Source of the DNA: Thermoproteota archaeon
Lineage (GTDB): Archaea; Korarchaeota; Korarchaeia; Korarchaeales; Korarchaeaceae
Assembly (NCBI GenBank): GCA_027491915.1
Contig: JAOZGC010000001.1
Span: 131,839 to 195,838 of the forward strand
DNA: 64,000 nucleotides
Direction of reading: 5' to 3'
A model generated the notes under the pieces. That model did no database searches. It saw only the letters and a list, made by a program, of their open reading frames with translations, and was not told where the DNA came from. Shown piece by piece: positions 29,616-36,990 of the stretch (positions within the stretch are counted from its first letter, which is position 1; every line of letters begins with the position of its first letter). The position numbers were made by a program, and so were the translations under genes.

Positions 29616-30869
29616 ATGCCTCCGAGGAACGTGGTCCTCCTGCTGGTCGACTGCCTCAGGGCCGACAAGGTCTACGGCCGGGAGAGGACCTGTCAGACCC
29701 CCAACTTGGACGGGCTGAGGTCCAGGGGCGTGAGCTTCATCCAGGCCGTGACCGCCAGCACCACCACCACGCCCAGCCTCTCCAGCATGCTCACCGCCCT
29801 CTACCCGCCGGACCACGGGGTCAGGTCCCTCTACGGCTACAGGCTCAGGCCCTGGGTTAGGACCTACCCCCAGATCCTGAGGTCGGCCGGCTATCACGCC
29901 TTCATCCACGCCGCCGGCCCCCTGTCCCCGGGAGCGTCGGGGATAGGGGGCTTCGAGAGGTGGTGGTTCTTCGAACAGGCCGGGGGAGGGGCCTACGGGC
30001 CGAAACACAGAGACCTGATATCCAAGCTCAGGGAAGGCCTGCCGGAACCCTGGTTCCTGCTGATCCACCTGTGGGAACTTCACAGCCCGAGGTACGTCCC
30101 CCGGGAGTACAACAGGAGCGAGTTCGGGGCCAACCCATACGAGAGGGCCCTGTCCGCCTTGGACCACAAGATCGGGGAGATCCTCGACCTGGTGGACCCG
30201 TCAGACCTGGTGATCCTGACCGGGGACCACGGCGAGATGATAGCCGATACCATGGCCGGGTACTGGATCCTCAGGGCCAGGAACCTGATCCTGAGGGCCC
30301 TCGGGAAGGTGGGCCTGGTCGAGCCGGGCCTCCTGAGGAGGACCGGCCACGGGTTCCACGTCCTGGAGCCGCTGGTGAGGGTCCCCCTGATAGCGGCCGG
30401 GGGGCCCCTGCCGCGGGGCGCCGAGGTGAGGGAGCAGGTGAGTCTGGTGGACGTCATGCCCACCGTATCCGACCTGGTTGGGCTGGGGGTCCACCCGAGG
30501 TATCCGATCCGGGGGAGGAGCCTGACAGGGCTGATCCGGGGGGAGGCTGATGGGTGGGTCGAGGAGGCCTACGTCGAGGCGGCCGGGAGCGTCCTGCCCA
30601 GGAGGGAGCTATGGATATCCGGCCTGAGGACTCCCAAGTACAAGTACGCCTTCACGCCCTACGCCGCCAGGATAAGGGAGTTCCTGTTCGACCTGGAGCG
30701 GGACCCGGGGGAGACCAGGAACCTGGCCCGGGATCTGCCCGAGGTCGCCCGGGCCATGCGCGGGAGGGTGGAGAGGATACTCAGGGAGGCCGAGGTGGCC
30801 TCCAGGATCAGGTCCGCCGCCGCGAGGCTGAGGTCCAGGATCGCGGGCCGCGGGAGGGGGGCGGGCTGA
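29616..30869 (+). CDS. Sulfatase-like / alkaline phosphatase superfamily protein (Thr-type)
   Basis: NVVLLLVDCLRAD, TPNLD, TTPSLSSMLTA, ELHSP, TGDHGE, GH, RVPLI, VDVMPT, FDLERDPGE. Confidence 0.87.
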   Translation: MPPRNVVLLLVDCLRADKVYGRERTCQTPNLDGLRSRGVSFIQAVTASTTTTPSLSSMLTALYPPDHGVRSLYGYRLRPWVRTYPQILRSAGYHAFIHAAGPLSPGASGIGGFERWWFFEQAGGGAYGPKHRDLISKLREGLPEPWFLLIHLWELHSPRYVPREYNRSEFGANPYERALSALDHKIGEILDLVDPSDLVILTGDHGEMIADTMAGYWILRARNLILRALGKVGLVEPGLLRRTGHGFHVLEPLVRVPLIAAGGPLPRGAEVREQVSLVDVMPTVSDLVGLGVHPRYPIRGRSLTGLIRGEADGWVEEAYVEAAGSVLPRRELWISGLRTPKYKYAFTPYAARIREFLFDLERDPGETRNLARDLPEVARAMRGRVERILREAEVASRIRSAAARLRSRIAGRGRGAG

Positions 30870-30870
30870 G

Positions 30871-31785
30871 GTGGAGGTGGCGGTCACCGGCGGGCTCGGC
30901 TTCATAGGGAGGCACACCGTCGAGCTCCTCTCCTCCGGGGGGCACTCGGTGAGGGTGCTGGACGACCTGAGCAGGGCCGCCCCCGGGGGGGCGCCCGAGG
31001 GGGCGCGGGTGGTTCGGGTGGACGTGAGGGACCTAGACGGGGTCAGGGAGGCCCTGGAGGGGGTGGACGCGGTTATACACCTGGCCGCCCTCACTGACGT
31101 GAGGGAGTCGGCCGAGAGGCCCCTCCTATACCACGAGGTGAACTCCACCGGGACCCTGAACGTGCTGAGGGCGTCCGTCGAGGCCGGGGTCTCCAGGGTG
31201 GTCTACGCCTCCAGCGCGGCCGTCTACGGCGAGCCCGAGACCCTCCCGATCCGGGAGGATCACCCCACCAGGCCCACCTCCATATATGGGGCAACCAAGC
31301 TGTCCGGAGAGGCCTACTGCAGGGCAGCCCACGGGACCTACGGCCTCTCCGTCGTGGTGCTCAGGTACTTCAACGTCTACGGCCCGGGGCAGAACGTCCA
31401 CTACGCCGGGGTGATCGCCAAGTTCGCGGAGAGGATATCCAAGGGTCTCCCCCTGGTGATCTACGGGGACGGGAGGCAGACCAGGGACTTCATACACGTG
31501 AGGGACGTGGCGAGGGCCAACCTCGTCGCCCTGGAGGCGCCCGTGGACTTTGGGGTGTTCAACGTAGCCACCGGCAGGGAGGTCAGCGTGCTGGAGCTGT
31601 CGCGCGTGATGCAGGAGGCCGCCGGGGTTGAGGTCGGGGTCGAGTTCGGGCCCCCCATACCGGGGGACATAAGGAGGAGCGTGGGCGATCCGTCCAAGAT
31701 CGAGGAACTTGGGTTCAGGGCCGAGACTCCGCTGGAGGAGGGGATCAAGGACCTGATCTCCCCCGGAGGCCCGGAGAACTGGTGA
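30871..31785 (+). CDS. NAD-dependent nucleotide-sugar epimerase/dehydratase (UDP-glucose 4-epimerase-like)
   Basis: VTGGLGFIG, HLAA, ASSAAVYG, YGATK, LRYFNVYGP, QTRDFIHV. Confidence 0.93.
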   Translation: MEVAVTGGLGFIGRHTVELLSSGGHSVRVLDDLSRAAPGGAPEGARVVRVDVRDLDGVREALEGVDAVIHLAALTDVRESAERPLLYHEVNSTGTLNVLRASVEAGVSRVVYASSAAVYGEPETLPIREDHPTRPTSIYGATKLSGEAYCRAAHGTYGLSVVVLRYFNVYGPGQNVHYAGVIAKFAERISKGLPLVIYGDGRQTRDFIHVRDVARANLVALEAPVDFGVFNVATGREVSVLELSRVMQEAAGVEVGVEFGPPIPGDIRRSVGDPSKIEELGFRAETPLEEGIKDLISPGGPENW

Positions 31786-31945
31786 TCCAATCACAACGCG
31801 TCGGATCCTGGTTTAGCGGACGCGTTGGGACCGGGCGGGCGGGGGGGACCGCGTCTGGGGTCGGGCGAGCCCGCCGTCCGACCGTGGGGGGATGGGGGCG
31901 CCTCCCCCAGGAAAACCCCTTAATGGGTCGGGGGGTCCCCGCGAG

Positions 31946-33703
31946 ATGCCGGGCGGGGCGCGCGGGACCCTATTCTCCGATTTGGCGTCGATCGCCAGGG
32001 AGGTGGCCTCCACCGCCTCCAGAAGGGAGAAGGCCCTGATCCTCGCCAGGTTCCTGAAGGATCTCTCCCCGGACGAGGCGACCCACGCGGCCATGCTCCT
32101 CACCGGGCGGGTTTTCCACCCGTGGGAGCCCGCGAGGCTCAACGTGTCCTGGCCCACCGTGTGGAGGGTGGTGTCGTCCCTGGTCTCGGCCGACGAGCGG
32201 GAGGTCAGGGAGGTGGCCTCGGCCGGGGTCGATCTGGGGGAGGCCGTCAGGCTGGTCCTGTCCGCGCTGCCGCGGAAGAGGCAGGAGACCCTGGCGGAAT
32301 TCGGTCAGGGGCCCGGAGGGGTGGGTGGGGAGGGGGCGGCCGGGAGGTTGACCCTGGAGGGAGCGTACTCGGCCCTCCGGTCACTGGCCGGGATCTCCGG
32401 CCCAGGATCCAGGGCCAGGAGGGAGGCGGTGCTGAGGGCCCTCTTTTCCGCGGCCGATCCCGACGAGGCCTGGCTGCTGGCAAACGTCCTGGTCGGGGAG
32501 ACCAGGCTGGGGCTGAGCGAGGGGATCCTCCTGGACGCCGTCGCCGCGGCCCTGGGGACCCCCAGGTGGAAGGTCGAGAGGGCCGCCGCGGTCGCGGGGG
32601 GTCCGGCGGAGGTGCTCAGGGAGGGGCTGGCCGGCGGGGACGTCTCCTCCCTCCTCTCTCCCAGGACCTTCATTCCCGTCAGGCCCATGCTGGCCCAGCC
32701 GGCCGACGACGTCGGGGAGGCGCTGGACCAGCTGGGCGGGGAGGCCTCCCTGGAGTACAAGCTCGACGGGGTCAGGGTCCAGATACACTTTCGGGGCGGC
32801 AGGGTGGCGGTGTACAGCAGGAGGATGTCCGACATAACCTCCAGCGTGCCGGAGGTCGTCCGGGGGACGCTGGAGGGTCTCAGGGTGGATGAGGCCATAC
32901 TGGACGGGGAGGTGGTGGCCGAGGGGAGGGACGGGCGGCCGCTGCCCTTCCAGCTCCTGATGAGGAGGTTCAGGAGGCTCGACCTGCCGGAGGAGGTGGT
33001 CAGGAGGATCCCCCTGAGGGCCTACCTTTTCGACGTCCTGCTCGTGGACGGCAGACCTACCCTGGACGAGCCCTACGAGGCCAGGCGGCGCATACTGGAG
33101 GAGGTTATATCGCCCCCCCTGGATCCGGTCCCCTCCATCGCGACGTCGGACCCGGACGAGGCCGGGGAATTCATGGAGGAGGCCGTCTCCGCCGGACACG
33201 AGGGGGTGGTGGTCAAGAGGCCCTCCTCCCCCTACGTCCCCGGGGCGAGGGGCGGGAACTGGCTGAAGGTGAAGAGGGTCAGGACCGTGGACCTCGTGAT
33301 AGTGGCGGCCGAGAGGGGATACGGCAGGAGGCACCGGTGGTACAGCGACTACCACCTGGCGGCCAGGGATCCCGAGACCGGGGAGCTGGTCGAGGTGGGG
33401 AAGACCTTCAAGGGGCTCACCGACGAGGAGTTCGAGTGGATGACCGGGAAGCTCAGGTCCATAGCGGTGGAGGAGCGCGGGGGGTTCATCAGGGTCAGGC
33501 CCGAGGTGGTGGTGGAGGTGGCCTTCAGCGACGTCCAGAGGAGCCCCAAGTACCCCTCCGGGGTGGCCCTCAGGTTCGCCCGGATAGTGAGGATAAGGAC
33601 GGACAAGTCCCCCGAGGAGGCGGACACCGTGGACCGGCTCCGGGAGCTGCTGCCGCGGGAGGGGGAGCGGGAGGAGGAGCAGGAGGAGGGCGGGGGTGGG
33701 TGA
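31946..33703 (+). CDS. lig: ATP-dependent DNA ligase
   Basis: RPMLA, EYKLDG motif I, ILDGE, FDVL, EGVVVK, WLKVK, ALRFARI; ATG 31946 lies about 25 nt after an AT-rich box (ORF open from 31892). Confidence 0.96.
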   Translation: MPGGARGTLFSDLASIAREVASTASRREKALILARFLKDLSPDEATHAAMLLTGRVFHPWEPARLNVSWPTVWRVVSSLVSADEREVREVASAGVDLGEAVRLVLSALPRKRQETLAEFGQGPGGVGGEGAAGRLTLEGAYSALRSLAGISGPGSRARREAVLRALFSAADPDEAWLLANVLVGETRLGLSEGILLDAVAAALGTPRWKVERAAAVAGGPAEVLREGLAGGDVSSLLSPRTFIPVRPMLAQPADDVGEALDQLGGEASLEYKLDGVRVQIHFRGGRVAVYSRRMSDITSSVPEVVRGTLEGLRVDEAILDGEVVAEGRDGRPLPFQLLMRRFRRLDLPEEVVRRIPLRAYLFDVLLVDGRPTLDEPYEARRRILEEVISPPLDPVPSIATSDPDEAGEFMEEAVSAGHEGVVVKRPSSPYVPGARGGNWLKVKRVRTVDLVIVAAERGYGRRHRWYSDYHLAARDPETGELVEVGKTFKGLTDEEFEWMTGKLRSIAVEERGGFIRVRPEVVVEVAFSDVQRSPKYPSGVALRFARIVRIRTDKSPEEADTVDRLRELLPREGEREEEQEEGGGG

Positions 33704-33736
33704 TCAGCCGGCCGCCCCCGCGGTCGGGCCGCCGAC

Positions 33737-34096
33737 TCACGGCAGCAGGACCAGCCCGTAGTCGACGAGCCTCTCGTAGTGCCTCCTGTTTCTGGTCAGG
33801 AGCGGTATGTCGAAGGATATGGCTGTGGCGCCGGTGATGAGGTCTCTCTCTTCGATTGGCTCCCCCCTGGACCTGAGGTCTCTGTATATCTCTACCGACC
33901 TCTCCAACACCTCGTTGGTCGGCGGGAGGACTGTGAACACCTCCTCCAGCCTTCTCTTCGCGTTCGAGAAGTCTTTCCTCCCCCTCAAGAACTCGTAGAG
34001 GGAGATCCAAGATATGAAGAGCTGGGCCCTCGGGAGGGTGGTCTCTCCCCTCTCAACGTCTATCAGGACGTCGGTGTCCACCATCACCCGCCTCAA
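33737..34096 (-). CDS. vapC: PIN-domain toxin VapC
   Basis: VDTDVLID, E, DLITGATA, LLTRN..H motifs. Confidence 0.92.
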   Translation of the reverse strand: MRRVMVDTDVLIDVERGETTLPRAQLFISWISLYEFLRGRKDFSNAKRRLEEVFTVLPPTNEVLERSVEIYRDLRSRGEPIEERDLITGATAISFDIPLLTRNRRHYERLVDYGLVLLP

Positions 34097-34316
34097 CCCC
34101 CTCGTCCCCTCCCCCCAACCTGAGCCTCACCCTCTCGAAGGGGAGATCCCTGTTATCCGCCGTTTCTCTCAAGAAAACTTCCAACCTCTCGATCTTTGAG
34201 TCCAGGCTCGCGCGCAGCAGGTCTGAGAGGAATTCCTCCCAGGTCCTATCTCCCTTCAGGGCGCTGAGCCTCTCCTTCAGGTCTGCGCTTATCGTTATCG
34301 TGGTCCTGCTCGCCAT
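34053..34316 (-). CDS. vapB: Putative RHH-type antitoxin VapB
   Basis: TTITIS..LKERL..LKG..TWEEFL; immediately upstream of and overlapping vapC. Confidence 0.82.
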   Translation of the reverse strand: MASRTTITISADLKERLSALKGDRTWEEFLSDLLRASLDSKIERLEVFLRETADNRDLPFERVRLRLGGGDEGVEAGDGGHRRPDRR

Positions 34317-34335
34317 CCGACCCCTCCGGGTCTCT

Positions 34336-34363
34336 GAATTTTGAATTTAAAATTAAAAAATTC
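34336..34363. promoter_or_regulatory. AT-rich vapBC promoter with GAATTTT...AAAATTC inverted repeat
   Basis: 7-bp arms bracketing the TATA region about 20-45 nt upstream of vapB. Confidence 0.55.
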
Positions 34364-34397
34364 GCGCGACCGCAGGGGGCCGGGCCCCCCAGCCAGC

Positions 34398-36038
34398 TCA
34401 CAGCACCCCCCTCTTCCCCCCGGCGTAGGCCCAGCCGGCGGCCGCCAGGGCGGCCGACTCAACCAGGGCCGGCGCCGCCGGGGGGATCGCCGCCGCGGCG
34501 TCCACCCACCAGGCCGCCGGCAGGAACCTCACAAACCCGGCGGCCTTGGCCGCGTAGAGCAGGTAGGGGGCGACCGCCAGGCTGGCCATGAGGCCGAACA
34601 TCAGGATCTCCCCGAGGAAGGCCAGCACGATGGTCAGGCCGGAGAAGGTCTGCTGGCTCCAGGTCGAGGGTTGCTCCGGTAGCCTCCCCGCCGCGAACCC
34701 GGCGTTCAGGAGGGCCGAGCCGGCGGCCGCCAGCTCGTAGGACGCCCCCGCCGCCGCGGCCGAGGCGGGATCCCCCAGGGCCGCGCAGGCGGCCGCCAGA
34801 GCGGCCGCGGCCGGGACGTTCAGGAGGGCCATGAGGGCGGCCTTCTCCCTGGCCAGCTCGGCCTTTGTCAGCGGCAGGACGTACAGCAGTCTGGCCCCCT
34901 CCCCCTCCACCACGAACAGGTTCGTGACCCCCAGCCCACCGATCCCGCCGAGGAAGAGGGCCGCCGCCGGGACGGCCGGGGTCAGCACCCTGAGCCAGGT
35001 GGGGTCGACCCAGCCGCCGACCGCCAGGGCCGTCGGGGCCACTATCAGTATGGGGATGGCGGCCGTGTAGACGGTGGAGGCGAGGATCCTGGGGTTCCTG
35101 GCCAGGAGCCTCAGGTCCTTGATAATCCTCTGGGCCGACCCGGCCCTGACCGCCCAGCCCGCGCTCGGGGGAGGCTGCGATGGCAGCAGGTAGGAGCCGA
35201 GCGACGCGGCCCTCCACAGCCTGGAGGACCCGAGCAGGAACGTCAGGGCGGCCGCCGCGGAGGTGGCCAGGGCCGAGGCCGCCGCCGCAGGGTCGCCCAG
35301 GGCGGCGGCCGCGTAGCAGAATGGAGGGATCTCGGCCACCCAAGGAGCCGCCCCGGGGCCCCCGGCCTCCCCCCCAGCGGTCCCACCCACGGACCCTACC
35401 ACGCTGGGGACGAAGCCGGCCAGGAAGAAGGAGATCCAGAGGACCGTCTGGATCGCCCTGGCGATCCGGCTCCTGGTGTACTTCGGCGTCAGGGACCCTA
35501 TGAGGTAGCCTATCCCGGAGGCCAGCGCCGCCAGGGAGGCGGCCTCCAGGAGACCCCACGCGGCCAGGGAGGGGAGCCCGAGCATCCAGGCCGCCACGCA
35601 GGAGCCGGGGATCACAGCCATGACCGCGGCCGCCAGCCCCCAGTACACCCCAACCGCCAGGAGGGCCCTCCTAATCACCCCCTCCCCCACAGGGAGGTGC
35701 CTCAGGGGAGTCAGCAGGTCCTCGGCCATCACGGTGTGGACCGCCATGGTCATCCCGAAGGCCGCCATGAAGAACTCCATGAAGCCCATCAGTCCCATAG
35801 AGACTGTGAGGAAGGAGAGATCCCCCTCAACCGCCGACGTCCACCCCAGGAACACGGAGGCGGCCGATAGGAGGAGTCCCACCACGGCGTTCGACTTGAT
35901 CAGGTTGCCGGCCCCATAGAAAACCCACCTCCACGACCGTTGGCCGACTCCAGCCCTCCTGGCGGCCCTGTACGCCGCCTCCCTCGCCAGGATCGAGGCG
36001 AGCTCCCTCCAGCCGGTCACCCGACCCCCTCCCCCCAT
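34398..36038 (-). CDS. Multi-pass membrane protein, probable ABC-2 permease (duplicated type)
   Basis: Many TMs with internal duplication (LRHLPV / LYVLPL; IKDLRLLAR); follows an ABC ATPase. Confidence 0.78.
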   Translation of the reverse strand: MGGGGRVTGWRELASILAREAAYRAARRAGVGQRSWRWVFYGAGNLIKSNAVVGLLLSAASVFLGWTSAVEGDLSFLTVSMGLMGFMEFFMAAFGMTMAVHTVMAEDLLTPLRHLPVGEGVIRRALLAVGVYWGLAAAVMAVIPGSCVAAWMLGLPSLAAWGLLEAASLAALASGIGYLIGSLTPKYTRSRIARAIQTVLWISFFLAGFVPSVVGSVGGTAGGEAGGPGAAPWVAEIPPFCYAAAALGDPAAAASALATSAAAALTFLLGSSRLWRAASLGSYLLPSQPPPSAGWAVRAGSAQRIIKDLRLLARNPRILASTVYTAAIPILIVAPTALAVGGWVDPTWLRVLTPAVPAAALFLGGIGGLGVTNLFVVEGEGARLLYVLPLTKAELAREKAALMALLNVPAAAALAAACAALGDPASAAAAGASYELAAAGSALLNAGFAAGRLPEQPSTWSQQTFSGLTIVLAFLGEILMFGLMASLAVAPYLLYAAKAAGFVRFLPAAWWVDAAAAIPPAAPALVESAALAAAGWAYAGGKRGVL

Positions 36039-36784
36039 AGCATCGAGAGGAGATCCCTGACCTCTCCGGCCAGGCCGGTCACCTCGAGGAAAACGGACTC
36101 CAGGTCCTCGGCATCCCTCATACCCTTGAGCTCGTCCGGAGCCCCCCTGGCCACGACCCTCCCGGCGTGGACGATTGTTATCTCGTCGGCCACGGCCTCG
36201 GCCAGCTCGAGGACGTGGGTCGAGAACACGACGGTCTTCCCCTCGGCCGCCGCCTTCCTCATGATCTCCCTGAGAACCCTGCCCACCTCTGGGTCCAGCC
36301 CGGAGAAGGGCTCATCCATGAGGATCACCTCCGGATCGTGCAGCAGGGCCAGGGCTATCGAGACCTTCCTCCTGTTACCGTGACTGAGCTCTCCGCACAG
36401 CTTTCCCATCTCACCCTCGAGCTTGAGCAGGGCGACCAGCGTCCTGGTCCTCTCCTCCAGGTCGTCTGAACCGATCTCGTACACAGAACCGACGAAGGAG
36501 ATGAGCTCCGCCGGCGTCAGGCTCTCGTACAGGACGTTCTCCTCCGGGACGTAGCCGACCAGCCTCCTGGCCGCCACCGGATCCCGCGAGGGGTCAACCC
36601 CGTCCACCCTCACCTCCCCCTCATCCGGCCTGACCACGCCCACGGCCATGGACATCAGGGTGCTCTTCCCGGAGCCGTTGGGACCCAGTATGGCGTGGAT
36701 CACCCCAGGCTCGAAGGAGGCGGTGACCCCGTCCAGGGCGACCACGTCGCCGTACCTTTTCCTGACCCCCCTGTAGGAGAGCAT
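36017..36784 (-). CDS. ABC transporter ATP-binding subunit
   Basis: GPNGSGKST, LSHG, LMDEP, STH; ATG at 36784 (the longer ORF to 37357 overlaps ccmF). Confidence 0.93.
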   Translation of the reverse strand: MLSYRGVRKRYGDVVALDGVTASFEPGVIHAILGPNGSGKSTLMSMAVGVVRPDEGEVRVDGVDPSRDPVAARRLVGYVPEENVLYESLTPAELISFVGSVYEIGSDDLEERTRTLVALLKLEGEMGKLCGELSHGNRRKVSIALALLHDPEVILMDEPFSGLDPEVGRVLREIMRKAAAEGKTVVFSTHVLELAEAVADEITIVHAGRVVARGAPDELKGMRDAEDLESVFLEVTGLAGEVRDLLSMLWGEGVG

Positions 36785-36990
36785 CCCACTCCCCTCCCGA
36801 ACGGAGTTTTTACCTTTTCCTGGGGCCCGCCGGGCGTGAGGGATAGAGATTTTCGGAAGGGGGCGCCGACGCGCTCCGGGGATGGCCCCCGACGGAGGAG
36901 CCGCCTCGCCGCAGCTTCCCGGATCCGGCGTTCCCTGGTGACGGCGATCCGGATCAACTAGATGCGCCCGCCGCCGGGGGAGATCACGAG

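Noticed and set aside
31794-31885. Two intergenic hairpins (CAACGCGTC/GACGCGTTG; GGTCGG/CCGACC) as tRNA or sRNA
   Set aside because: No cloverleaf, T-loop, C/D or ACA boxes; compatible with chance or terminator-like folding at high GC
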